From Amoebidium appalachense (lineage: Eukaryota; Protista; Ichthyosporea): 64,000 bases of DNA. Below are positions 42,797 to 56,752 of the stretch, piece after piece. Each line of letters opens with the position of its first letter. The first letter of the stretch is position 1. The stretch spans positions 2,527,979 through 2,591,978 of the forward strand of contig CAVNZM010000007.1 in NCBI GenBank assembly GCA_963693365.1, read 5' to 3'. Position numbers and translations under genes: made by a program. The notes below the pieces were generated by a model. That model was not told the DNA's origin. It saw only the letters and a program-made list of their open reading frames with translations, and searched no databases.

Positions 42797-43365
42797 CATC
42801 GCTATAGAATCAAACGCAAAACATGACCGTGGTTAGTCTATCGACAACTTCTGTGCACGTGATAAGGTGGGTGTGGTGCCCATCATCTTTGTTTCTTTGA
42901 TGAAATCAGTTAAGTTGAACCATGCTGCAACCCACTCGAAGCTCCAGGGACCCTCCCCCCCCCCCCCCTTCCCCCTCTCCCCTCTCCTCTCCCCTCCCCC
43001 CCCTCCTCCCCTCTCCCCTCCCCCCTCCCCCCCCCCCCCCCCCCTCTCAGGCCCCAAACACCCACCCACCCACCCATCTCCCAATCGTCCTATGTTGCCC
43101 CTCCGGCCTCCTCCCCCCCCCCCTGCCCCTTCGTCTCCCCCCCCCCCCCCCCCCCCCCCCCCGCCGTCCCCCTCTCCCCCCGCCTCTCCGGCGGCATGGT
43201 GCCCCCAATATTAGACTCCCTATCCTGAATCCTCCGAATCTTGCACCTTTAACGGTGTGAGCCAGAACATCTCTCCTTAGAATGTAGGGTTTCTAGTCCT
43301 TGACACCATAAACGGACACTTACTTTTATCCTCCCCCCCCCCCCCCCCCCCCCCCCCCGGCCATA

Positions 43366-43409
<44 letters not shown>

Positions 43410-43951
43410 CCACCCCCCTCCCTCGCCCCCCCTTCCCCCGACCCCTAGCACACCCACACACACACCCTTTCATAATCACCTACGGGGGGCAAACACCAAA
43501 CATCATTAGTAGTTTGGCAGGCAGACAGTAGCACCCGATGATTATAAGCTTATAACTGGCCAATCACATCGCTTCATTACTTAAAGCCGTACTCAAGGCT
43601 TAAGCACATATGTGCCCAATTTTCATGGGCCAAAGCGGCCAATAGCAACTCTCTTTTTGTTTTTAATCATTATTTTATCCCGTTTCATCTCTGGAGGGCC
43701 TGTCTTCCAATTGGTACAGTACGTGCCTAAACCCCTAGGCAGAGTAATGTTAGTAAAGGGTGTTTCGTTAGGCCCATTTAAGAGCCCCTTCGGGTCAGGC
43801 CAAAATGCTATTTGATGCGCATCTCACCTCGCCAATAATAAAGAAATAAATTGATTTGGGGTCTGAACCGACCCGGATTCCTAAAGAAAACCCCTCATTA
43901 TATAAACATTCAATAGTTGCCCTGTGGGCCATCAGTATCAGGAATACCTCT

Positions 43952-43985
<34 letters not shown>

Positions 43986-44194
43986 CCTCCTCCCCCCCCC
44001 CCCCCCCTCTCTCCCCACCCCTCCCTCCCTTCTCCCCCCCCCCCTCCCCCCCAACCTCCCCCTGCCGCCGCGCCCCCCCCCCCCCCCCCCCCCCCCCCCA
44101 TCCACCCACCTACCAGCGACTACCACAAGCACCATCACCCGTGAATATCGATCACCACCAACACTATGCAACACCTAACTCACTCCAACTTCGA

Positions 44195-44231
<37 letters not shown>

Positions 44232-44543
44232 TATCCCACTGTCTTCGACACCGAACCCCCCCCCCCCCCCCCCCCCCCCCAAACCTCCTCCTCACCCCAC
44301 GGGCCTTTTGTAGGACCGATCTTCCTCCCTCACCTACCGACCCACCCACTGGATTTATCACCTCCAATCACTCATCAAATACCTCCGTTCCCTCCCCTCC
44401 ACCCACGCACCCACCCAGCACCACCACCACCACATGGTGACCCTTGCACCCCCTCCTTCCCCTCCCCTCCCCCTCCTCTCTCCCCCCCAACCCTTTTTCC
44501 CCCTCACCCCCCTCTCTCCTTCCCCCCCCCCCAAAGCCAAACC

Positions 44544-44581
<38 letters not shown>

Positions 44582-46146
44582 TCAAACAAAACTTTGTGGT
44601 GGGATAAAGGAAAACAAGAAATGGGTCGCTCATTTTACCCTCGGGCATATTTTTCTTATATCCAAGGGAGCAATTGGGTATTGTTCGGTTTGAAGCTCGT
44701 ACGTTTGCATTCCATGTCCAATCAAAACTTTCGACAAATTTGTCACCCAAGGGGCAAAGGTAGTGCTTCTGGATTTCTAGAGGGTGGCGAAGATACATGC
44801 CGGCCTGAAAAAAAAACATGAGGTTTACAACCATAATTGATTTGAGATGGTGTACAGGGGGGAGAGAGGGATTAGGGATGGAAGGGGTTGCCCTATAAAA
44901 AGTTCCCGCTCCTTTCCCCACCCCCATCCCACCCCCTCCCTCCCCCCTCCCCACCCAAGGCTCAGGGCTCTCTTGGACTCTCCTCTACCACCGACCCGTT
45001 CATTACCACTTCCACCACCACTACCACCGCAACCAACGGTGACCCCTCCCCCCCCCCCTCGCCTCCCCCCCCCCCCCCCCCCCCCCTCCTTCCTGCTCAC
45101 CCCCCCCCTCCCCCCTCCTGCCCCCTCCTCCCCCTCCCTCCCTCCCCCCTTCCCCCAGACTGTCTCCCGCCATTGCCCAACCCATCACCACTTCCACCAC
45201 CACACAAGAGTGTAGTATTTACAAAGAGGCTATCTAGCTTTACATACCCCCCCCCCCCCCCCTCCCCTCGCCTTTTCCTCAGAGCATCTGCCTCCCCCCC
45301 CCCCACCCCCCTTCCCCCCCCCCACCCGTGCGGGTTCTTTGCGGCTTTGTGGTGACAACGAAATATGAGCCCTCACATCCCCCCCCCCCCCCCCCCCTTC
45401 CCCCGGCCCCCCCTTCCCCGGGCCAGCAGCCATATGTTGCTACAAATTCGAAAGCACACGCCTTCTTCCCATCCCCCCCCCCCCCCCCCCCCCCCCCCAC
45501 ACACACACACAGTGTCGCATCCCCTTCTTTGAAGTTCTTCCAAACACAACCCCCCCTTCTTCCCCCTCTACCCCTCCGCCGCCAATACCCCTCGAGCTCC
45601 CCAGCAAAGTTGTTGCAACCTAACATCACTCCAACAAACTTTCCAGAAACCTCTATCTCGGAGGCGGCGTCCACTTCACAAATGATTCAGCATTTAAAGC
45701 TGAAGCACAAACTCCAAATCGCCTCATCCCTGGATCCCGTGTGCAAGTGTGCAAGCTCGTTAACTTCAAAGAATTTGAAAGTGCTGAAACGTTGAGGTTT
45801 TTTGTTTTATATTGGCTATCACCAGTTTTTTGAGCCATATAAAACCCAGGCTGTTTGGGGTTGTCTGAACCTCCTTTCGTTCTCAAATCTGAGAGCCTCC
45901 CCCCCCAAGCCCCCCCCCCCCCCCCCCCCCCCCCCCCTTCACCCCTCCTCCCCCCCCCCCCCCCCTCTTTCCCCTCCCCTCTCCCCCCCCCCCCTCCCCC
46001 CAACCATCCCTCCATATGCATCCCCTCTTCCCTCGGCCAACCCCTCCCCTCCTGGTGATTCCCTACCGTCACGTCGATGTCCTTTTCATATTCTATAAAT
46101 TACATATTCATAGTATAAAATTTGATAGCCCTCCCCCCTCCCCCCC

Positions 46147-46205
<59 letters not shown>

Positions 46206-46267
46206 GCACACACAGGCACACCCACACCCACACCCACACCCACACCTGACACACACTGACACACACT

Positions 46268-46359
<92 letters not shown>

Positions 46360-46430
46360 CACCTACCCACCCACCCACCCACCCACCCACCCACCCACCC
46401 ACCCACCCACCCACACACACACACACCGTG

Positions 46431-46480
<50 letters not shown>

Positions 46481-46685
46481 ACGCACACACCTGTACACAC
46501 AGACACACAAACACATACACACACACACACACACTGGCACACACGCACACGCACACGCACACACATAAACACAGGCAGACTGCAGGCACACACGCACACA
46601 CACGCACGCACACACACACACACACACGTACACACACACACACACCCGTGACAGCCACACACACACACACACACACCCGTGACAG

Positions 46686-46749
<64 letters not shown>

Positions 46750-46759
46750 ACACAACCAG

Positions 46760-47050
46760 AGTGAGTTGCAGAGAGGTATTGTAGACGTGGCTCGAGGACG
46801 GGTCTCGGACTCTCGGGACCGCGCTTGGAATCCGACACATTGGTGTCATGATTTTGGCGGCAGTTGGCTGGTTAAATTCGCACCATCAGAACCAAATATA
46901 GCTAATGCTTTATCATTGATAGATCTCGAACATGTGACCAGGAGTGACATGTCCGGTGGACTTGGGGTTACCTTCTTTTTCACAAGTATAGCAGCAGAGG
47001 AGGTTTGGACAAACAACTATATGCTATGTATTGCACAGGAGTACCGGTAA
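46760..47050 (+). CDS. Probable terminal exon of an unknown gene
   Basis: A (CA)n tract, branch-like CTGAC and CCAG acceptor (46759) precede 96 open codons [13 protein letters not shown]...CIAQEYR*. Upstream exons were not identified. Confidence 0.35.
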   Translation, partial: SELQRGIVDVARGRVSDSRDRAWNPTHWCHDFGGSWLVKFAPSEPNIANALSLIDLEHVTRSDMSGGLGVTFFFTSIAAEEVWTNNYMLCIAQEYR

Positions 47051-47672
47051 TTTAGTCTCTGCTCCATCATGACCTCCCAATGTGCGACAGCGGGGAGGAA
47101 GGTATGCGCCGTAACGTAGGGGCTCTCGTGAACGTACTTTGACAAGTTGGGCTCGCTTGGCCGCTCTTCGTTTCATTGAAATTTACCCGTGTGACAGTGA
47201 ATAAAAGCTTTGACTGATACAAAAGGTGCTATTAGCTGATTTCTTGCAGCATGCTACGAAAAACGAAAGAAACCAGAAATATTACAGTTGTGTGGAGCCG
47301 AAATCGGCAAGCCAGACAGCCCCACAGGCCCACCTCCCTATGGCAGCCATTGGCAGGCAGTGGTATGAGAGGAATGGAGAGGTTTAGGGTGATTTATCCC
47401 GCTAACAGACTTGGTGTTGGGACAGCCAGCCAAAAAAAAGAAAAACAAAAAAAAATAAATAAAACGACAACTCGAAGCATGTTCTGACGTTGTTACACAC
47501 GCCCGGTAGTGTGAGTTGAGTTGGTCGTGCTGTGGTTGAAAGTGGTGCAACACTATTAAAGCTGGGCACCTCGATTTTTTTGTATACATACATGCACTCT
47601 AGAAGAAGCTTCAGCTTGGGACGTACATTAAGGGTGCACACAGGGAGGATTTTCTCCTACGATTAGGCCAAC

Positions 47673-48773
47673 ATGGTTCAGCTTTTTGTAGCCTTTGCGC
47701 TAGTTCTGGCGCTCTCCCTTTCCACGCACGCAAAAAGGCACACTCATCGCAACGGGCACCAACATCGCCATAATATAGAACGGGATCCCGTCGACAATTA
47801 CGAAGAGGGACCCGAATTTAAAGATTTCATCCCTAACGCACGTGTATTTGGCGGTGAAGACGCAAATGAAGCTCCGGGGTGGATGGTATCCTTCCACGAC
47901 AAAAACGGCCACTATTGCGGGGGTTCTCTAATAGCTCCATCGTGGGTTCTCACGGCTGCACACTGCAAGGTTTCCGTCGGAGAAAAGGTGCAGATAGGTG
48001 GACATGACCAGTCGGCAGGCAACCAATTCCAAGTGCGCGCAGCGAAAAGATCCATCGCCCACCCAGAATACGACCCCAAGACTGTCGTGTATGACATAAG
48101 ACTTGTGCAGCTTGATAAACCCGTTGTCATCAAGCAATACATGGCACTTCATGTTGGGCCCCTACCCCCGGCACGTGACCTCACTGAGGCCGAAGACACC
48201 TCGTATAGTCTCCTTGGTTGGGGTTTGACAGAAGAGCGCCAAAATCGGAAATTCTTCCCCAACATTCTCAAGCGGGCAACCCTTCATGCGTTACCCCCTG
48301 ATGTATGCCCGACTTTGAGCGAAAAGTTGAACCCAGAGCGCCAGTTGTGTGTCGGCGGTGTGGAAAAGGATGCATGTGCTGGTGACAGCGGAGGGCCCCT
48401 TTTCAATGAAGCAGTGAAACCCAACGGGCTTCCTTGTCAGGTTGCTCTAGTCAGTTACGGGGCCAAATGTGAACGCACGGACGAAAACGAGAAAAAACCG
48501 ATATTGCGACGTGGCGTATACACTCTCGTGCCCTACTATCTGGCATGGATACAAGTGCAGATGAAGGCGTACGAGCCGGCTGCCGTAGACCAACTGAAAG
48601 GGTGCAAGGCGTTTTCCAAAAACAAAAAATACATCTCTGAGATAGTGGGGGCAGCTGCAGCTGGGGGAAGTCGACATTTACCTTTCGAGAGTACAAAGAT
48701 CATTTGCGCGAGTTGTTTGAAAAGAGCATGCGCAAGATGCACCGCAAGGAAATGCGTCACGAGAGAGCTATGA
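47673..48773 (+). CDS. Secreted trypsin-like serine protease (peptidase S1), intronless, 366 aa
   Basis: Signal peptide MVQLFVAFALVLALSLSTHA, His-rich propeptide, activation site R|VFGG, HYCGGSLIAPSWVLTAAHC, YDIRLVQL and KDACAGDSGGPL (H-D-S triad; Asp189-type S1 pocket). Confidence 0.95.
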   Translation: MVQLFVAFALVLALSLSTHAKRHTHRNGHQHRHNIERDPVDNYEEGPEFKDFIPNARVFGGEDANEAPGWMVSFHDKNGHYCGGSLIAPSWVLTAAHCKVSVGEKVQIGGHDQSAGNQFQVRAAKRSIAHPEYDPKTVVYDIRLVQLDKPVVIKQYMALHVGPLPPARDLTEAEDTSYSLLGWGLTEERQNRKFFPNILKRATLHALPPDVCPTLSEKLNPERQLCVGGVEKDACAGDSGGPLFNEAVKPNGLPCQVALVSYGAKCERTDENEKKPILRRGVYTLVPYYLAWIQVQMKAYEPAAVDQLKGCKAFSKNKKYISEIVGAAAAGGSRHLPFESTKIICASCLKRACARCTARKCVTREL

Positions 48774-49404
48774 GGAAGAAGCACGAACGCACAGAAGGAA
48801 AGGCACACAACGGTTATTTCTATTGAAATGTAACAGGCTATTACGATTTGTCTCTTGTAGTTGTAAACAGTGCTGAAGTCGACTCCTAGATGTCTGTCAC
48901 TTGAAGGATGCGGGTCTAGATATGTAAGACTGAAGACTGCCAGCATACTATTACCGTGTTATTTAGCATTAGATAAGTATTAACTTGCCAAAGGTCCAAA
49001 AAAATGGGCCAGGCGAACGAGATACACCACGCTAGCTATCGTAACGTTATCTTTAACTCTTTGGCAGACAGGAGTTGACCCGCTACACATCAGCACTCGT
49101 ATTTCTGTGTCGTGTTTTGCCGCAAGATTTCAGATTAAAAAAGAAAAAGGCAACATCAAAGGGTTTCGCACCCTGCTACTGGCTAGTGTCCCCCCCCCCC
49201 CCCCCCCCCCCCTTCACAACTTACTTGACTTGAACCAAGTCTCCCCCCCCCCCCCCCCCCTTTAAAAAAGAAAAAGAAAAAGAAAAAAAAGTCCCATCAA
49301 CCACAACAAAACGTAGTGAATCAGTTAATCCTCCCCCCAACCCCCCCACCACCCTTCCCCGGGAAGCTCCCCCCGGCGGCGGGCGGTCAGTCGGGCGGGT
49401 GGGC

Positions 49405-49489
<85 letters not shown>

Positions 49490-49704
49490 GGGGGGGGGAG
49501 GGGGGGGGGGGCGGAAGTTTTTTTCCTTTCATATTCCCTCCCTCTCTCTTTCTCCCCCCCCCTTCTCTCTCTCAGACTATCTGTCTGTCTGCCCGAGGCT
49601 CTCTCTTTTGCTTGCTCCCCCCTCCCCCCTCCCCCCTCCTTCCTCCCCCGACCTTTCCTTTTGTGTGTGTGCTGTGTGTGTGTGTACACGTCAGTGTGTT
49701 TGTG

Positions 49705-49793
<89 letters not shown>

Positions 49794-50177
49794 GGGGGGC
49801 AAGGGGAACGGGGGGAGAGGGGGCTGGTTGGAGGGAGTAGCTTGTGTGTGTGTTTGTGTCGTGTGTGTGCGTGTTGGGGGGAAGTGAGAAAGGGGCCGGG
49901 AGGGGGGCTGGTTGGAGCTCGAGGTGGGTGAGGGTGGGGTGGGTGGGTGGGTGGGTGGCCGGGTGGGGTGGGGGGGGGGGGGGGGGGGGGGGGGGGAGGG
50001 GGGGGGGGGGGCTGGTCACGGGAGGGGGTAGCATGGGGGGAGGGCGGGGGACGGGGGAGGGCGGCTGGTCACGGTAAGGATGCTCCGAGTTGCAAGCTGG
50101 AATTCGAACACCAAATTGGATTGCAGCCATAACCACAGATGCAGGTCTTATTTTGTGGTTTATTTTGCGTAACCAAT

Positions 50178-50259
50178 GACAACGTGGCCGAGTGGTTAAG
50201 GCGATGGACTTGAAATCCATTGGGCATTGCCCGCGTAGGTTCAAGTCCTGCCGTTGTCG
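50178..50259 (+). tRNA. tRNA-Ser (anticodon TGA)
   Basis: Acceptor stem GACAACG/CGTTGTC, D-arm TGGCCGAGTGGTTAAGGC, anticodon arm ATGGA-CTTGAAA-TCCAT, long variable arm GGGCATTGCCC, T-arm GTAGG-TTCAAGT-CCTGC, discriminator G, downstream T-run terminator. Confidence 0.97.
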
Positions 50260-50680
50260 AATTAATTTTTTTTTAAAATTTCCAGAAAACGATAGACGAC
50301 TGCTGTGAATTCGTGATGCACGAATTTACCCATTTTACACCCAGGGTTTGCCTTACGAATCGTATTGGCCCAAAATACGATTTAGAAAACCCCGCAATAC
50401 GATGAAAGAGGGCATCCAATTAGTGAATACGACGCTGACGGGTGTCAAATTGCTCGGAATTTGCCTAAATACGATTAAGACCGCCAAACCCAGGCAACCC
50501 CTGTTTACACCTCTCTGAGTCAGGCTGTGTTTTGATAGGATTAGCGTGCACCACCTATGAGCCACTTCACATTTTTTCCCCGCTTCCGCCGTTTTTCTGC
50601 CCAAGAACAGAGAAGCTGCGCTGTGCTAAAGTCAAGACTTCGTTGTGCCGGCTGTTTTGTGTGCCTCTTTAATTGTTAGC

Positions 50681-51260
50681 ATGGCGAACCACACAGGAAA
50701 ACGTCTATTTGAGGGGTTCGAAGGCTGCGCATTTATTGGAATGGTGCACTTGAAACCCTTACCAGGGAGTCCTTATTGGAACGCAAGCAGCAGTATGGCC
50801 GAGATAGTGGAATCTGCAACGAGAGACGCTAAAGCGCTTAAGGAGGGTGGGTGTGACGCCCTTTTGGTGGAGAACATGAGTGACCTGCCTTACCTCCGTG
50901 GCTACGTGCACCCAGGTAATATGCAGCTTCAACTTGGCTCGCACTGAAAGAAGGAGGTTGCTTCGGGGATTGTGGAAGATGAATGCGGAGGGGGTGGAGT
51001 AGCTCGTTCACCTTTGGGGGAAGGGGGTGAGGGCGAAGCGGAGGGGAAGGGCGGGGGGACGGGGGGGAGGGGAGGGGGGGAGGGGGGGGGGGGGGGGGGG
51101 GGGGGCAGTCGCATGACGCACCCATTAGTTTTAGCAAGCTTAAGCCGGTTCTTTTATCTCTCTACAGCCACGTTGCCACGGTGTGGAGAAGGCATGTATT
51201 GGCGTGTACATGTGTATGCGAGTGTTTGCTTCTGATATTAGATGGTTTAATGTATGTGTG

Positions 51261-51309
<49 letters not shown>

Positions 51310-51358
51310 ACGTGCGTGTGCGTTTGTGCATGTGTGTGTGTGTGTGGTGTGTGTGTGT

Positions 51359-51390
<32 letters not shown>

Positions 51391-52707
51391 GGGTGGGTGG
51401 GTGTGCGCGTGTCCGTGTGTTTGTTGCTTGGGGGGCGGGGGGAGGGGGAGGGGGGCGGGGGGAGGGGCCGTGCATGGGCACACATGCGCACGTGTGTGTG
51501 TGCACGTGCGAGCGAGTGCGCACGCGAGCGTAGGGTAGCGAGTGGGTGTGGGTGTGGCTCTCCGTAACGTACGAATGGCTAAGGCAAACCTGTGAACGGG
51601 TGTGCAGGTGCGGGTGTGTGTGTGTGTGTGTAAGTTTTACAAGGGATGTGTGCCCGAGGTGGTGGGAGGAGGGGGGGGGGGGGGGGGTTGTCTGGGGGGG
51701 GGGGAGGTTGCATCATTCAGTATAATACTTCATACCTTTTTTTTCTTAAGAAAAATTCAAACCTGCCCCAGAAACCACAAACAACACACAAACCCACATA
51801 TATTTTCCAAATTCACTTAGAAAAAAAATTGCCTTATGCAGAAACCACGAAATCACACCCGCCCCAGAAACCACACACACCACACAAACCCATATATATA
51901 TTTTACATTTTTAATTTTTAAAAAAGTGCTTGATGCAGAAACCACGGCAGCCATGACGATAGCCGTGCATGAGGTGATGAAACTTGGCCTGCATGTAGGG
52001 GTGCAGCTATGATCAATTTTATAACTTTTTTTTTTTTTTTTTTTTTTGGAAAAGAAAACAAAAAAACCAATCCTCCACAGAAACCACAAAGATCATACAA
52101 GCCAGATTTTATTTTATAAATTAACTTTAAAAAACTTGCCTTATTCAGAAACCATGGCCGCCATGACGATAGCCGTGCATGAGGTGATGAAGCTTGGTCT
52201 CCCCTTAGGCGTGCAGTTATGATCACTTTTATGATTTAATTATTATTATTTTTTTTAAAAAAAAAATACCCACCACAGAAACCACACAGATCATACAAGC
52301 CAGATTTTATTTATTAACTTTATAAACTTGCCTTATGCAGAAACCATGGCCGCCATGACGATACCCGTGCATGAGGTGATGAAACTTGGTCTCCCCGTAG
52401 GCATGCAGTTATGATCAATTTATAACTTATTATCTAAAAAAGAATACAACTCACCACAGAAACCACGCAGATTATACAAGCCAGATTTAAATTTATAAAT
52501 TAACGTTAAAAGTTGCCTTATGCAGAAACCACGGCCGCCATGACGATAGCCGTGCATGAGGTGATGAAGCTTGGCCTGCCCGTAGGGGTGCAACTACTAG
52601 CAGGGGCCAACAGGGAGGCATTGGGTGTGTGTGCTGCAACGGGTGCAAGTTTTATTCGTGCTGAGGCCTTTGCCTACGGACACTTGGCAGGTGGGGATAT
52701 TGCTGAG

Positions 52708-52746
<39 letters not shown>

Positions 52747-52865
52747 CACACACACACACCTTCTCCCTCCCTCCCCCTCCCCCCCGACGAGGTGAAAAGG
52801 TTGAAAAGAGATTGCTATGGATGATTCCCCCCTCCCCCCCCTCCCCCCCCTCCCCCCCCCCCCTC

Positions 52866-52938
<73 letters not shown>

Positions 52939-53698
52939 AGCACACACCCTTGCAATGAGGATGGGCTCTGCTTATGGTGAATACTCTTTGGGTGGTTTGC
53001 CCTCTGCATTATGTTGTCCGTTGTGAATGTGTACTTCGGGCTTATGGCACGTTCAACCCCCTTCCCCCTACCCCCCGCCCTCCCCTCCCCCCGCCCCCCT
53101 CCCCCTCTCCGCCCCGGGACAAGGTGAATGGGTCGAAACTCGGGTGATGTGGATGACTTGGGGCTCCCCTGAGGATATGTTCTGCTTATTATGCATACTC
53201 TTTGTGTGTAATGTGCACTCTGCATTATGCTGTCCCTTATGAAACTAAGACTGTGTACTTCGTACTTCAAAACACATCCCCCCCCCCCCCCCCCCCCCCC
53301 CGCCCCCCGTGGGTTATTATTTATGTTGCATACTACGTTTTTCTGATGATGTTGCATATTTGAATGTTTGCTTTTGCATGTGTCCTGCATCGTGCTTGTC
53401 ATGGTGTAGTTGTACTTTGTTTCGTTTTCTGCATTCTTAACAACCCCCCCCCCCCCTCCCCCTCGCCCCCCCAAACCCGTCCACCACTACAACCACTAAC
53501 ACCAATGCCCCCCCCCCCCCCCCCCCCCCTCCCCCCCTCCCCCCCTCCCCCCCCCCCCCCCCACCAACCCACCCCCCGCCCCACATGTATGGTTTGCACT
53601 CTACACTTTTGTTGTCCGTTGTGAATGTGTACTGCGCACTCTATGGCTCATCCCCCCCCCCCCCCCCCCCCCCCAACCACCACCACCACCAACACCAA

Positions 53699-53731
<33 letters not shown>

Positions 53732-53854
53732 TTCCCCAAGCGTCCCCTTGCCACTTTTCTATTTGACCTTCCGGGAAAAAAGGGAATGGGGGGAGGGGGG
53801 AGGGGGAGTGGGGGACGGGGAAATGAAAAATCAGGGGCGTGTCCTTCGAACCCC

Positions 53855-53890
<36 letters not shown>

Positions 53891-53908
53891 ACCCACCCAC
53901 CCCTCCCC

Positions 53909-53939
<31 letters not shown>

Positions 53940-55238
53940 AAGCACACGTTCTCACATTGTACCCGGCCCTGGCTTTCACTATTCCTCCCCCCCCCCCCCC
54001 CCCCCTTCCCCCATCCCGCTCCTCTGTCTCTCCTCTTCCCCTCCCCCCCCCCCCCCCTTCCTCCCCCCCCCCTTCCCAAAAGCCACCCACCCCCCACCCC
54101 CTCCTCCCGATCGGTCTCTTAGTAGCTGCCCCACACCTTCTTGTTTGCTTTCCCCCCCCCCCCCATCCTTTCTGCTCTCTGTTGCCCCTCTTTTTCCTCA
54201 TTCATACCCTCCTTCAGCAACATTAATTTGTACCCCCTCCCCGTCTACCCACCACCACCCCTTTATTTCTTTAAGTTTTTTGTTCGGCCTGCCTCCCTTT
54301 TTCCTATTCGTTTAGTTTCTTGCTCGACAAAAAATTCATCTCTCTGCTCTCCTGTTTACCTTTGCGTCTGCTTTTCTCCTGATATTACCGACCGGTGTAT
54401 GAGATCGTGCGTGCCTCTCCGTGTGCCTTTTTTTTTTTTTTTTTTTTTTCCCTTCATCTTTTTTGTTTTTTTGTTTTTTGTCTTTTTCTTCTTTCTTTTT
54501 GTGGTTGTTGTTGTGGTGGTGGTGGTAGTGGTGGATTGGTGGTTGGGTGGGTAGGTGTGGGAGTGAGAGGCGAGGCGGATGTTGGCGGATCTGAAGGGGG
54601 GGAGGGGGCGGGAGGGAAGGGGGGAGGTAGGGAGGAGGTGGGGGGGGGGGGGAGGTTGTGTGTGTGTGAATGTAGGTGGGTGGATGGACTGAGGGGTTAG
54701 GGGAGGGGGGGGGGTTGGTTGGTTGGGGGGGGGGGGGGGGGGGGGGACTGCCTGCCTACCTGCCTGCCTGCCTATCTAATGTGTAATGGTGTTTTCCTGC
54801 ATTGTTTTTTGGCATATACTTGTGATGGTGGAATAAATGCCGGTTGATGTGGCAACAAAAGTGATTTTGGTGATGGGGATGGTGCCTAACCTTCTGTTCG
54901 TATCATCCCTCCTCCCCCCCCCCCCCCCTCCCCCCCCCCCCCCCCCCCCTCTTTCTCCTTCGTTCTTAATATTACCCTCGACTTTGTGCACGAAGTGTAG
55001 AGGGTGGGATGCCACGGGTACAAATGTGAAAGAAGGGGGGGGGGGGGGGGGGGGGGGGAGGGGCAAAAACCATCATGAAAGCAGGTTTCTAAATAAATTT
55101 GATTTGCTCTACAGATGAGGGGTGGATGAATGCGTGTGCTGGAGAGCTACTGCGCACACGGGCACACCTGTTTTTGCAGGATAAGGTACACTTTTTTTTT
55201 GCTTTTTTTTGGGTCCCCACATCTTTCTTTCTTTCTTT

Positions 55239-55270
<32 letters not shown>

Positions 55271-56718
55271 CGCTCTGCCCTCTCCCCCTCCTGTGTCTCT
55301 GTCTTCCTCCTTCCGTGCCTCCATCCGTCCTTCCTCTCTTTGTATCCCCGCCATCTCTGTCTCCCCCCCCCCCCCCCCCCCCCCCAGCCCCCCATCCCTC
55401 TCTCCCCCCTCTCCTCTACCTCTCAGTCCTCCTCCACTTTGGAGGAGGACTGAGAGCCCCCCCCCCCCCCCCCCCCCCCCCGTTCTCCCCCCCCCCCCCC
55501 CCCCCTCCCCCCCCCCCCCCCCCCCCCCCTCCCTTCTCTGTTTCCTCTCCATTTCTTTTTGCACCGTGACCTCCTCCTCCTTCCCCTGTCTCTCGCTCAA
55601 TGTGCTTTGGTTTTCGTAACCCTCTTACTTTATTCTGATCTTTACGGCTGTCCCTCTCTTTGTAGCTTCCTTATACATGCCTTCATACCCGATGTCTATC
55701 CTATATTTATACTCTATCTTTATCTTTTCTGACTTATTCTTATTCTCATTTCTTATGCCTATCCTATTCTTTGTATCTACATATCTATCCCGGTTTCATC
55801 TCTGTCCTATCTTTATGCTAACCATAAGCTTCGCACCTTACACATATCCTTATGGTTATACATATCCTGTTATCTTTACACATATCCTTATGGTTATTAT
55901 ATCCTGTTATCTTTATACATACCCTTATCCTCCTACCCAATGCCTATGTTTTCTGTATATTCACCCCTGGCTTTTACTATATTTATCTTGATTTTTATAC
56001 TCATCCTTATCTTTTGGACCTACCCGCATCCTTATAATTATCCTGCTATTACTGGGTTCTTATCCTTACCTTTATATATCGTGTAGTTGCATTTCGTACT
56101 GTGTTCCGCATTCTACTCCCCCCCCCCCCCCCCTCATTCCCCCCCCCCCCCCCCCCCGGCCCCCCTTTCGTTGTTAGAGGGGCCTCTCCTCATTAATCTG
56201 TCCTCCTATCCCTCCCTCCCTCCCCCCCCCCCCCCCCTCCCCCCTTCCCCCCTCCCTCTCTCCCTCCCAACCTTCACTAGACTCTTTCCCTCTCTCCATC
56301 TCCAAATTCATCTATCTCTTCGCTCCCTCTATCTCTCTCCCTCCCTCCCCCTCTTCCTCCCCCTCCCTATTCTACCCCCCCCCCCCCCCCCTTGCCAGCT
56401 CCCCCCCCCCCCTCCCCCCTTCCCCCCTCCCTGTTTTGCCCCCTACCCACCCATCCACTAGCCCCAAGACCCTGTTCTCTGAATACAACACGGGTACACA
56501 GACACACACACACACCTGATTCCTTACACACACACAACCGTGCACACATTACTAGCATATGGACAGCCAAAAACAATCATCCATATACATGCTCGGTGGA
56601 CTAGGAAAAATGCATGCTGTGCACCTCGTGGATATACACACGATCACTGGCTGGCGGTGTAGCGCATACACACAAACAAAAATACAGGCAAACACACAAA
56701 CAAGATACATCTGAACTT

Positions 56719-56752
<34 letters not shown>

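Noticed and set aside
45430-45795. BED zinc-finger/hAT transposase remnant (SKAHAFF...STSQMIQHLKLKH)
   Set aside because: No CxxC pair and no transposase core. The 40-46 kb region looks homopolymer-inflated and may be low-quality sequence.
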